DNA of 34,127 nt from Octopus bimaculoides. Its lineage: Eukaryota. The translations under genes were made by a program, and so were the position numbers. The notes beneath the pieces are model-generated. The model saw nothing but the letters and a program-made list of their open reading frames with translations, did no database searches and had not been told where the DNA came from. Below, piece by piece: positions 11,800 through 22,505 of this stretch (positions are counted from its first letter, which is position 1; the number at the start of each line of letters is the position of its first letter). The DNA lies in the NCBI RefSeq assembly GCF_001194135.2, contig NC_069005.1, positions 24,620,818 to 24,654,944 of the forward strand. The letters are read 5' to 3'.

Positions 11800-12430
11800 A
11801 TATATCGAGAAACATTAACTCCAGCATGGTCTGGCTGTGCTTGTAAAACCGAAATAAAGAACAGATATTTTAAAAATAGTACTGGTTCGATGACCCTTAA
11901 AATATTCGGAGCTAGAATAGTGTATTATTTGAACCATGTTGCCCAGTTGTTATGTTTTAGCTGGATGTACTTGTTTGACCTAATTGGGGATTTTGTTTCT
12001 GGGATCACTCTTTGGCTATTTTTGCCTAAAATTCCATTGAAGGTTTATTACTTTTAAAGATATTTTAAGCTTACATATTTTCCCTGGCGTTCTTCAGTTT
12101 GTCTTTACTAAACCATCTTACTATCTTTAGTAATTTTATTTTCTATGCATGGTTATTGATGTGTCTTCCTTCGGTTATAATTGTTTTTTATTTGATCTGT
12201 TGGGGGCCTGTTTATTATCAGTCTTTCATGTTGCGGCAAAATCTTTCAATGCCTTCTTAGAAATTCGATATAGTTTTAAAATTACAGTGAAAGATGTCTA
12301 CCGATCTGTTTTATCTATTTTTTCCATAAATATTTCGCTCTATGTACATTATTTATGTTTGTTTTCTTATCATTTTATCCTGTTGACCTTCTCAACAATA
12401 GTTTGAAGCTGTTTCATTTCAACTATCTGA
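11800..12430 (-). mobile_element. Highly decayed LINE ORF fragment (pre-RT/RT N-terminus, possibly R4/Dong)
   Basis: Minus translation gives EGIERFCRNMKD and VIPETKSPIRSNKYIQLKHNNW..YTILAPNI, weakly resembling EEIEXFW and LIPK..KYRPI..YK..IL. Confidence 0.4.
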
Positions 12431-12442
12431 GCTTCATTTATA

Positions 12443-12918
12443 NNNNNNNNNNNNNNNNNNNNNNNNNNNNNNNNNNNNNNNNNNNNNNNNNNNNNNNNNN
12501 NNNNNNNNNNNNNNNNNNNNNNNNNNNNNNNNNNNNNNNNNNNNNNNNNNNNNNNNNNNNNNNNNNNNNNNNNNNNNNNNNNNNNNNNNNNNNNNNNNNN
12601 NNNNNNNNNNNNNNNNNNNNNNNNNNNNNNNNNNNNNNNNNNNNNNNNNNNNNNNNNNNNNNNNNNNNNNNNNNNNNNNNNNNNNNNNNNNNNNNNNNNN
12701 NNNNNNNNNNNNNNNNNNNNNNNNNNNNNNNNNNNNNNNNNNNNNNNNNNNNNNNNNNNNNNNNNNNNNNNNNNNNNNNNNNNNNNNNNNNNNNNNNNNN
12801 NNNNNNNNNNNNNNNNNNNNNNNNNNNNNNNNNNNNNNNNNNNNNNNNNNNNNNNNNNNNNNNNNNNNNNNNNNNNNNNNNNNNNNNNNNNNNNNNNNNN
12901 NNNNNNNNNNNNNNNNNN
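12443..12918. other. Assembly gap (N)
   Basis: N run. Confidence 0.99.
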
Positions 12919-13059
12919 CGTGCATGCAGATATTGTTGTTGTAGTTGTTGTTTTAGCTATCAAATTAGTATAGTCAATAGGTCTATGTTCAAATCCCACC
13001 AAGGTCAAACTTGGCTTTATTCTTTCGAGATCGACTAAAATGTCTGGGTGAGTGGAAAT

Positions 13060-13440
13060 GTGTCAAGCAGAGATGTCATGTGATATCCGCTTCTTGGTAA
13101 CTTTAGTGGAGTTTACTCTGCTACAAGCATTTGGAGCAGGTTTCAGGTTGACTTCTACAACTCTTGTGAACGTCGTCTCCAACTCGAGAGCAACTTTCCT
13201 TTCAGATTGTGCAAGAAGACATTAGGTGAGTCAACTATGACAGTGCACAGTCCTGTGTCCCGCAAAAGTTCACAGGCATAAGTCATGCTGGCCTAACTAG
13301 CAGGCTTGAATATCCCCACGGAGTTATAGCCATCTTTGGCTAATTATCTGACTAACGAGTGGTAGACCCATATAGGGATTTCTTTGATACATGGTCTGCA
13401 TAAGAAATGTCAAAGGCATTGCGCAGAAATCGAGTGTATG
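13060..13440 (-). mobile_element. RTE-clade LINE C-terminal fragment
   Basis: Minus translation gives LRNAFDISYADHVSKKSLYG, LPLVSQIISQRWL and TYACELLRDTGL, matching the RTE RT C-terminus (LRxALxISWxDHxTNxxLYG..RRL..TYxDxLxxDTG). Confidence 0.7.
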
Positions 13441-13444
13441 TGCT

Positions 13445-13655
13445 CTGTGCGCCTTGGGTATGTGCTGTGGTTTGCTGTGATGCTCTTACGGCTACTGTAT
13501 TGAAAGTGTTTTGCGTAGGATGTGTGCAGTTCCCAGTAGTGCAATTTTCTGTATGTTATATATATTTGTAAGTCCTGGTGTTTTTGTTATGTATTTGTCT
13601 GAATATTTTTTTATTATACCTAAGGCGCCTACTATGATAGGAATTGTTTCTGTTG
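13445..13655 (-). mobile_element. R4/Dong 3' end (last codons plus 3' UTR), 5'-truncated at (AAT)n
   Basis: ORF 13492-13737 contains TIPIIVGALGIIKK..IQKIALLGTAHILRKTL*; it adjoins (TAT)n at ~13656-13679. Confidence 0.88.
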
Positions 13656-13678
13656 TTGTTATTATTATTATTATTATT

Positions 13679-13775
13679 AGGGTGCATGGCCTAGTGGCTA
13701 GGGTGTTGCACTCTCGATCGCGAGATCGTGGTTCCAATTCCTAGACTGGGTAGTGCGTTGTGTTCTTGAGCAAAA
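13679..13775 (+). mobile_element. tRNA-derived SINE head
   Basis: A box TGGCCTAGTGG and B-box-like GGTTCCAATTCC, then CORE-like TTGTGTTCTTGAGCAA. Confidence 0.75.
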
Positions 13776-13879
13776 AAGCTGAACGTTCATACGTCATCTG
13801 CGACGGGAGAGTCCATTATTATTATTATTATTATTATTATTTGCTAAACTTTTAACCTAGACGTTATCCTGAAGTTTGG

Positions 13880-14180
13880 TGATAGCCAGCTCCTCAAAGC
13901 TCAAGAATTTTCGTTAGGATTCTTGTAGAATACTGGATGGAACTTTTCTGCAAGTTCAGCCCCTATGTGGTAGGTGGAGCTTGTTTCGAGGACACCAATT
14001 ACCACAAGTTCAAGTTTCAGTCTCGTGTTTCTTAACTTTGATCGGCTTCGTTAATATCCATTCTACTATCATCTGAGAATGTAAGCTCAATGATCTTATA
14101 ATGCTGTTCATTTTGTCTTCCAGGACACAAAGTCTCTGTGGCTGCAGGTCTCTTTGCAGCATGAGTAGTTTCTATGGCCT
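13880..14180 (-). mobile_element. Second decayed R4/Dong REL-domain fragment
   Basis: Frameshifted translation gives RDFVSWKTK, KIIELTFSDDSR, LVVIGVLET and LQKSSIQYSTRILTKILEL*; (ATT)n lies at its 3' side (~13818-13842). Confidence 0.7.
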
Positions 14181-14519
14181 TTGACTCGTATTGATATCCC
14201 TTTTCCGTCCCTTTAAATTTATAAACGTAATTAACACTTCGGTGTACTTTTATATTGACGCTACTATGCCTGTGTTTATTTTGTTTTTATACTAGTTTAT
14301 TGCGCTCACTTTTTATATCCAATTTTTTTCTACGTATTCTGCGTTTGCTGTCGGACTAAATTTCGTCAATTTTCATCGCTATCAAATTCGCTCTAATAGC
14401 ATGCCACTGAGGGGATACGAGGGGCTCGTACAATTAACAAGTCAGTTTCTCTTTTCAGGTTTCCATCTCTCAATTATAATCAATAATCTTCATTTCCAAC
14501 TTTCTCTACCATGTAAATT

Positions 14520-14745
14520 GGCTATATCACTCTTTCTCTTTCGAGCTATTTGTCCTGCAGTTTTTTTTTCCATCCTTGAAATCTTTCACTGTTTCAGTAA
14601 CTTCTTCCACATTTCATGTTGCTGATATCAGCCTTTTGTCACTGTCCATTTCATCATTTTACCAAACTCAAAATTGTGAAATTTTAGGAGTTTTTTTTTT
14701 TATATTTAACAAATTTTTACTTTCATCCCTCTTCCTTAAGGACTC
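14520..14745 (-). mobile_element. Decayed LINE fragment (pre-RT region)
   Basis: NVEEVTETVKDFKDGKKTAG resembles EEVxxAIKxLKxGKxxG. Confidence 0.4.
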
Positions 14746-14749
14746 ACCA

Positions 14750-14880
14750 TGGTCGACTTTGTCTTTCATCTTTCCGGGATCTATAAATTAAGTACCAGTT
14801 GAGCACTTGGGTCGATATAAACGACTGGGCCCTCCCCAAAATTTTAAGACCTGTGCCTATAGTAGAAAGAATATTATCAT
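14750..14880 (+). mobile_element. Second SINE family, central domain plus tail
   Basis: ggtcgactttgtctttcatctttccgggatctataaattaagtaccagttgagcac (Meta-domain-like) through tgtgcctatagtagaaagaatattat. Confidence 0.82.
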
Positions 14881-15229
14881 TAGGGTTCTGTGTATTTTCA
14901 CGGGGTGCAGATTCCTAATAATTCTATTTATATTTCTCTCTTCTTTGTCCACTTCAAAAAATGAGTTGCTTAGAGTCCCAACACTGGCATTGATTGGTTG
15001 TTAGTTCCCTTGACGATATTATCTATCTTTAGTTTTGTTTCAAGCCCTTTTTTAATCCTTATTTTTCACTCTTTAGAGATTCTCACAGTTCTGTTTCTAG
15101 CACTTCCGGATGATCTCTACTCAACCGCTACACAACTGCTACTCGACTGCTACTCAACACACCTACCACGGCCAGACTACCTGTATTTATATGTCTTGGG
15201 AGATCCTACTTCTTCGCCTGGAGGCGTCA

Positions 15230-16040
15230 ACACAACAGTTTCCATAATCTTATCATCATGCAGGATCCCTTGATACTCTGTATCATCTTGTGGCATATTT
15301 AACCCATCAATTATAAATTTTTGACTCCACTTCGTAATCAGCGCCGCACATGTATTCATCCAAAGCTGCATATCAATATCCTTGATACATATTTCTACCG
15401 TTTAAGAAAACCAAAAAACTTTTACATTTCAGACATAATTTCAGGCCACTCAAATATAGCAGACGATTTAGTTTCAGTACGTTCTAAGCAAATTCAATCA
15501 ATATTACGTTTTCTCAATATGTTAATCGAAGGAATCAATGTAATCCCGAAAAACACTGGAGACGGTGAGTCTCCCTGTAATATTACCCTCCGGATTTTCA
15601 CGTTTCACAATAATTCGGTTCCGTAGCTTAGTTCCACTTCGTACGATTTCATCTCTTTCCCACCCTTCCCTAAAATAAATACAACTGTTAACATTCCCAT
15701 GATTCTCAAGAGTTTTCATACTTTCCAAAATTCGAAACAAGTTACTCTTCTTTATGGGCACTTAGTAATATCCCCCCACCCTTGATTTCATTCAGCACTC
15801 GGTTTCCTCCTCTGGTAACAGTTTTTCCTTCTCCTATCTCACTTAATTTTCCAAACAATGATAAGCATATATAATAGGTCAACAATCACTGCCTTTCCCT
15901 CCATTATCTTTATCTTCTTCTATGAACACAGCTCTTCTTTTGTCACTCATGTTGGTGCGCCATTATTTCAGTGTTACATATGACTATGCATGCTCGTTAG
16001 AATTTTTTAAACCAGAATTCCTGAGGAACCATTTATAAGA
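15230..16040 (-). mobile_element. R4/Dong reverse-transcriptase fragment, decayed
   Basis: Minus translation gives LLPEEETEC, RVILQGDSPSPVFF (QGDSLSP), KLNRLLYLSGLKL (degenerate YMDD) and KDIDMQLWMNTCA (DIGMxFGxxKC). Confidence 0.82.
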
Positions 16041-16062
16041 GATTTCCATTATTTAATTATCT

Positions 16063-16455
16063 TTTATTCTTTACTTGATTCAGTCATTAGACTGCGACCA
16101 GGCTGGAGTACTGCCTCGAGTAATTTTTAGTCGAATTAACCGACCCCAGCACTTAATTTAAGTATTTTAAGTATGATACTCATTCTATCGGTCTCTTTAT
16201 CCGAACAGTTAAGTTACGGGGACGCAAACATACCAACACCGGTTGTCAATTGGTGGTTTGGGTTCGAATACAGACACAAAACACACACGTAGAAATATAG
16301 ATATACATAGATAAACGAAGGGCTTGCTTCAGTTTTCGTCTACCAAATCCACTCACAGGCACAGGGCTTTGGTCGGCCTGAGGCTTTGGATGAAGACACT
16401 TGCCCAAGGTGCCAGAGAGTGGGACTGAACTGGAAACCGTATGGTTGGGAAGCAC
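16063..16455 (-). mobile_element. Older CORE-SINE copy
   Basis: Colinear with 4313-4718 but more diverged. Confidence 0.85.
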
Positions 16456-17602
16456 CTGTGTTCATTGTTTTATTAAAATGACTGTGTTTTCATAGGATGC
16501 AGGCTTTGCTGCGGAAGGTTACATTCTGAGTTCAATACCGTCGGCATTGATTTTAATATATCAGCATATCGAAGTCAGAAACTAGTGTTCATATAAACGA
16601 CTACTCCTTCCCTTTCCCCAATTCTTGTTACCACAATCTGTCCGAACGAGTCTATTATAAAAATCATCTTTACTGAATTATACTGATATGAATTGTATTG
16701 ATATTCCCTGTCTGATAAAGACAACTTACTAAGCAACATTATTTACATTTCTGATAATACGTCTCTCTCCTACAATTATTGTATTTCTCACTGTTACTTT
16801 GCCGACATTATCAGTTAAATACATTCTATTATTGTTGTATCTCCGTGTACTTTCCTCGACATAATTATTTGGAAATCAAATCACAAATTATTTCGATAGA
16901 ATTTTTACAATAAATGAAGTGTGTTAATCATGATAAGAGATGTGTTCAAGTTGGTTCCCTCTACGAAATTCGCCTCTACTGACTGCTCTACCTCTGCGTA
17001 AACTCATCTTTGACGTACTCTATTTAAAGTACACAAACATATTTCCGGTGAAATAACCTGCTTAACCTTTTCAACATGGCCAGCAATTCATACTCACTAA
17101 TTGTTTACACAGTCTATCACTTAATCAATATTCACTAATCATCAATGCAGAGCAACACTATCGTACACTCAGTAACGAAGATGGCAAAATGGCGTAGTAG
17201 TTAGAGCGTCGGATAGATATTTTGCGGTAATATTTCTGGCTCTCTCGACTCTAAGATCATATCACATTGAGATCAACTTCGCATTTCACCCTTTCTGGTT
17301 CGATAAATAAAGATAGATTCTTCCTTTATTTCATTCTTTATTTATTTCTATCTGTGTGTCTTTGTTTCTGGAGTAATTCAGCCTGATATAGATTGGAAGA
17401 GAAATGGGCGCCACGAGACCAAAACTTTCCTAAGACACGCTGTATGGCACAAAGACCTCGGGGAACAGAGGACCTCTAAGTTATTATTATGGAGGTAAGG
17501 GCACAAAGCAAAGCAAGACTCACCAATTGAAAATACAAAGCAACACAACTTTATAATTACTAACATAGACATCATCAACATCTCATATTCAATATTTACG
17601 AC

Positions 17603-17830
17603 GAATAGATAGAATCGTTACCGCGCCAGGCAAAGTGCTTAGCTGCATTTCGTCCGTTTTTGCGTTTTGAGTTCAAATCCCGTCAACGTCGACTTTGCCC
17701 CTTTTTAACCCTTTCGGGATCGATAAAATAAGTACCACTTGAGCACTGGGTGGGGTGGGAGGTCAATGTAATCTACCTACCCCCCTCTTTCGAACTTGCT
17801 GGCCTTGTACCATAATTTTAAACCAATATT
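17603..17830 (+). mobile_element. Second tRNA-SINE family (Meta-domain-like) copy
   Basis: agaatcgttaccgcgccagg...gagttcaaatccc (B box)...gtcgactttgcc...gataaaataagtacc...tggccttgtacc...aaaccaatattt. Confidence 0.82.
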
Positions 17831-18019
17831 TACCAATACCTGCTATCACTTCTTTATAAACACTGAATCAGATAACATCTCTACCTTTATACTTAACATC
17901 ACTTTTTAATAACACTATGTAACACGATTTTTGTCCTTGGGTAGCAACTGTTATTTCTTATTTGCTTACGCCTAGAAAGTATGAAAAATGGCTCTTATTT
18001 ACTTCAAACTTTGCTTCTC

Positions 18020-18190
18020 TGGCATTTATTCAAACCCCAAAGAATCCCTCTTAAAACATATGTATATGATGCTCCTCCACTACTCCTGCTCATGATCAGA
18101 GATGCACATATTGTAAGCTACTAAGGGACAGACTCAAGTGGTTATGGTCAAGCAACTGGCAAGCAAATTTGTGCTATTAAACAGAATATT
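18020..18190 (-). mobile_element. Internal fragment of the ~550-bp non-autonomous element (see 23278)
   Basis: gatgctcctccactactcctgctcatgatcagagatgcacata...cagaatatt matches 23560-23720. Confidence 0.82.
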
Positions 18191-18378
18191 TGTTATAACG
18201 CTATTTCTGCTTCAGCAATTCAGCGCTGAATTTATCTGAAATGTAATGGGAAAATAGGTCAGGTTCAAAACAGTGATGTCCAGGTGACAGAAGCAAAGTT
18301 TGAAGGGAATAGTAATCATTTACTTTGATTTCTAGATAGAAACAAATAGGAAATAACACTTACTGACCAAAGACAAAA
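18183..18378 (+). repeat. ~195-bp local duplication, copy 1
   Basis: agaatatttg..aacgctatttctgcttcagcaattcagcgctgaatttatctgaaatgtaatgg...ttactgaccaaagacaaaa recurs at 19543-19740. Confidence 0.93.
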
Positions 18379-18879
18379 AAAAAAAAATTTTTTTTTCGTT
18401 GTACAGTGTGACCCCTGATTTACTTCATCATTAATCTACACTCAGTAAACATCATTACCAGTCGTAAATACTTTATAATCTCTAACTGAGATTCAGTCAA
18501 TACTTTATACTTATTAATTATCAAGGTATGTCATCACGTCTGCATAACTAAGATGTTACCATTACATTGTACTTAATAATAATCAATAAGAAATTCCATC
18601 AACTCTTTATAAGTGCTGACTTAGTAACCATCGCTACCTTTTACTTAGTAATTACTTGTATATGTCATCATTATCTGATTGTCACTAATTACGGAAATAC
18701 GTTACCGCATCTTTATAAACCCTGACTGAATTACCATCACTAAGTTATATTCAGTAATTACTAAAAAAAAATATCATGACTAACTTCTACTCAGCAATTA
18801 CAAATAAATGCCTTCATTTCTTCACGATGACTGATTTAGATACAATAATTTCATTATAATCAATATTTACCAACACACG

Positions 18880-18975
18880 ATGGCCGCGAGCTGAAAGAAA
18901 AAGAAACGCTAGCACGCCGGGCAAAATGCTTCCCGAAATTGCTAGCCTTATGCCAGGATTTGGAATCAATATTTA
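18880..18975 (+). mobile_element. Second SINE family, internally deleted (head fused to tail)
   Basis: ggccgcgagctg...tagcacgccgggcaaaatgctt joined directly to cccgaaattgctagccttatgcc...aatcaatattt. Confidence 0.7.
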
Positions 18976-19077
18976 TCAATACAAACCGTCATTTCTTTAT
19001 AACCACTCACTGAGATACCATCACTGCTTTATACTCAATATTTACCCAGTTGTGACCATCACTATTTTGCGCCTTGT

Positions 19078-19212
19078 AATTATTCTATCGATCTCATTTT
19101 GCCGAACCGCTAACCTAAAGTGGCGTAAACACACCAGCACCAGTTGTCAAGAGGCGGTGATGGTGGTGGTGACAAGCACAGACACAAACACACACACACA
19201 CACACACACACA
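19078..19212 (-). mobile_element. CORE-SINE middle/tail half ending in (CA)n
   Basis: ttattctatcgatctcattttgccgaaccgctaa...aaacacaccagcaccagttgtcaag...acagacacaaacacacac. Confidence 0.8.
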
Positions 19213-19423
19213 TAAGAGTATCCAGAAGACCCAAGATGGCAAGTGAGGCTATGTAAGTGCTACGGAGAGGACCGGAGTTAACCACTCAGTTCGATAATAA
19301 TACGAGTGAGGAGTCTAATGTGGGTCCTGTGTGGACATGTATATGTTAAATACAATGATATAACAAGGCCAAGGCAGTGTGATATTTCTAGGATATTCTA
19401 GGATATTTATAAAGGGAAAGTTA

Positions 19424-19471
19424 GTTTTACAGCTGTTTCTGGGATATTACGGATATTCTTTCATCAGAGAC
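19424..19471 (-). ncRNA. Degenerate type I hammerhead ribozyme motif (copy A)
   Basis: Minus strand reads GUCU CUGAUGA A AGAAUA UCCGUAA UAUCCC A GAAAC AGCU GUA AAAC; stems I and II are partly mutated. Confidence 0.55.
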
Positions 19472-19542
19472 GATATGAGAGAGTTAGCTGGAGGGAAACA
19501 GAAGAGCTCAATATAAAAACCTATTTTGGAAAAGGATGGCGT

Positions 19543-19740
19543 AGAATATTTGTCGTAACGCTATTTCTGCTTCAGCAATTCAGCGCTGAATTTATCTGAA
19601 ATGTAATGGAAAAATAGGTTAGTTTCAAAACATTGATATCCGTGTCACGAATGCAAAGTTTGAAGGAAATATTAGTCAATTCTTTTGATTTCTAGATAAA
19701 AACAAATAGGAAATAACAGTTACTGACCAAAGACAAAAGA
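19543..19740 (+). repeat. ~195-bp local duplication, copy 2
   Basis: Colinear with 18183-18378; the first ~60 bp are nearly identical. Confidence 0.93.
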
Positions 19741-19992
19741 AAAAAACAATTTAAAGGAAAATAGGAGAATAAAAATAACAGTAAAAATATATGTAGGATG
19801 TTACAGTTGCAGTTCCATTATCCAAGGAATGTGCTGTGTAGAATGGGTAGAAACGCTTCTTTTCCATGGTGTGTAGATTTCGATAGGGGTTCATATTTTG
19901 TTATTACAAATGGATAGTGTGGAGACATAAATTCCATGTGATGATCATTCAAAGGGGGTCTACTATTTCCCTCTAGTTAATTCTCTCATATC

Positions 19993-20040
19993 GTCTCTGA
20001 TGAAGGGATATCCCTAATATCCCAGAAACAGCTGTAAGTC
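19993..20040 (+). ncRNA. Type I hammerhead ribozyme motif (copy B)
   Basis: GUCU CUGAUGA A GGGAUA UCCCUAA UAUCCC A GAAAC AGCU GUA AGUC: intact core, 6-bp stem II, minimal stem III with palindromic AGCU loop and GUA cleavage triplet. Confidence 0.68.
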
Positions 20041-20109
20041 TACCTTTCTATTTATCAACGTCCTATAAATTCCACACAGCCTTGGTTTTGTTGTCTCATT
20101 TTATTTAAC

Positions 20110-20280
20110 ACACACACACAAACACACGGGCTTCTTTTAGTTTCCGTCCACCAAATTCTCTCACAAGGCTTTGGTCGGCCCGAGGCTATAAAAGACACCT
20201 GTCTAAGATGCCATACAGTGGAACTGAACCCCGAACCATGTGGTTGGAAAGAGCAAGCTTCTTACCACACAGCCACCCAT
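20110..20280 (-). mobile_element. CORE-SINE head half starting in (CA)n
   Basis: acacacgggcttcttttagtttccgtcc...aaggctttggtcggcccgagg...ttaccacacagccacc. Confidence 0.88.
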
Positions 20281-20302
20281 GCATCTTTATCATTAGTTTA
20301 CC

Positions 20303-20351
20303 ATAATTAACCCTATTAGAACATACTTAATGTTCTAATAGGATTAATTAT
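20303..20351. repeat. 22-bp inverted repeat with 5-nt spacer
   Basis: ataattaaccctattagaacat / actta / atgttctaataggattaattat (1 mismatch). Confidence 0.9.
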
Positions 20352-21674
20352 ACCTAATGGCGTGAACTGTTTCTTGAGGTCTTCTAATATAGCTGATAGT
20401 GTGACAGTGTCTGTGGTTAGTATTTTTTAGCAGAATTCACAATGTCACTGTCTTCCTATAAGACTAGAAGTGCTCTGCTATTTGTCTCCTAGAGATTTGT
20501 AATAGTGTCTTCTGTGCATTGCATCATATTGGAAGAGTGCTGTCGTGCCGGAGCAGCGTTCTATCGTCCTCTGGTACAAGCGGCCAACGTTGGAGTTGTA
20601 TGTCTCCTAGATATTTTAAAATCTGTTAGCCATCTCTCTCTCCCTCTCTTTCCCTCTCTGTCTGTCTGTCTGTCTGTCTCTCCCTCCCTCCCCCCCCTAT
20701 TCACCTCTTTCAATGAGCGTTTTCTGTGTCTGTGTGTCCGTCTTATGCTCAGATATGCGTGCGTGCATATATGCGCCTGTCTCTATGAATGTATGCTTAT
20801 CGTGTGCGAAAGTGCTTGTGAGTATGTGTGTGGGTATTATGTATGTACATACATATATATGTGTATGTGCGTCTATATGTACGCTTGCTTGAGTATGTAT
20901 GTATAAACACACACTCACACACAGCATGCTTATACTTACACTCATATTTACATACACATGTATTGTTACTTTGATTGAAACTATCAAGATATCTCGCTTG
21001 CTATGTTCTCTTCTATTGTTTAAAAACTGGACGTCACTGAACCCCAAAATGGGTTAGATAAGAGTAATGAGAACGGGAGTCAGCATGTCTTATTTTGTGG
21101 GATCGGTGGCTAATCCATTTACCTGGTATTCGATGGTGCGACATTGTCCCAATAATGTATGCATTTGGTTCCATGAGAAGAGATAACAAGTTGTCTCCCT
21201 TTAATGCACTCTTATTTTTTGGTGTTTTCGCCTTTTATATGAATCTATTTATCAACGAAGTTTGCTGTTGTTGTCGTTGTTGAACCCCCGTCCTGCCGGT
21301 CCTCACTAGGTGGCCCTACAATCGTGCGTTTTCTAGCCATGACCATTCCATCTTTGCCTAGCATTTTTTTACTCCAGTCTACATTATCCAATGTGACCTT
21401 CCTTTTTAAAACGGTAGTGTGTATTTCCGTGTATGTATGCATACACACACGCACATACACACACACTCTCTTTCTCACACACTCTCTCACACACACACAC
21501 ATACTCTCTCTCCCTCTCTCTCGCTCACACATACACACACACATACATACATACACATGCTTGATATTTGTGCCGACAAGTGTGAGCTTCTGCAGTCTAC
21601 ACGGTCAATTTAGCTGCTAGAAATAATGCCTATTTCACCTTCAAATGACCCTCTACCATCTTTTTAAGAAAAAG

Positions 21675-21832
21675 TTACTACTACCACTACTACCACTACT
21701 ACCACTACTACTACTACTAATAATAATAATAATAATAATACTAAAACCACCACCACTACTACTACTCACACTACCACCACTACTGCTGCTACTGCTGCTG
21801 CAGCAGCTGCTGCTGCTGATGATGATGCTGTT
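21675..21832. repeat. Compound trinucleotide microsatellite (CTA/CCA/AAT/CTG/GAT)
   Basis: Direct reading. Confidence 0.95.
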
Positions 21833-21892
21833 GTCTTTTATTACTGATGCTTCTACCATTATTTCTACACCTAGAAGGTCGAGAGATCGTTT

Positions 21893-21945
<53 letters not shown>

Positions 21946-22319
21946 ACCTTGTAGAAATAGTAGTGATGTCTCCGTCAAATAACATCTTACTGTTTAATCG
22001 AGGATACTCGCATATTGGAGTCGGAGATACAATGTATACGAGTTTTTTTGTTTTAAATGGTCACAGCTGGAAGAAATCTATGATCACGTGTCTACTGCAT
22101 CAGAACTGACCTGGGGTTAAACAATAACAGCAAAGACTTCTACTTATATTCTCTACTCCAATCTATTTCTAGCAAGAATATGGACTGAAGATTACTTTAC
22201 CAACCCAGAAAATATGAAAAGTGAAGTTGATCATGCATGATTTCAGTAATAATAATAATAATAATAATAATATTAGGACTGCTATGACTCCTCTGGAAGG
22301 AATATGTAAATATAGAAGA

Positions 22320-22481
22320 AGAGTTCCAAAATTAAATTTGCTGAACGATATTTCGGTATCTCGTGTCCCTAATATTATTTATTTAAAATAAAATGAAGTA
22401 GATTGACATATCAAATTTTGAACCCATTGAAGGTACACGAAATACCGAAATATCGTTCAGCAAATTTAATTATGGAACTCT
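22320..22481. mobile_element. 162-bp MITE-like element with 47-bp terminal inverted repeats
   Basis: 22320-22366 versus the reverse complement of 22435-22481 shows 2 mismatches; a degenerate partial copy of spacer plus right arm lies at ~24113-24190. Confidence 0.7.
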
Positions 22482-22505
22482 AATAATAATAATAATAATA
22501 ATAAT

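Larger units (their letters stand above)
19213..20110. mobile_element. Penelope-like (PLE) remnant with inverted ~150-bp terminal-repeat arms (19344-19498 and 19966-20110)
   Basis: The arms are reverse-complement homologues and each carries a hammerhead core; inverted pseudo-LTRs and hammerheads are established PLE features. No RT or GIY-YIG coding sequence recognised. Confidence 0.6.

Noticed and set aside
20360-20620. Gag-like peptide (KILTTDTVTLSAILEDLKKQFTP) on the minus strand
   Set aside because: Too short and stop-ridden to assign; no LTR or pol nearby
21645-22109. ORF with poly-L/Q/I runs resembling a signal or polyQ protein
   Set aside because: It is entirely a compound triplet microsatellite plus (CT)n
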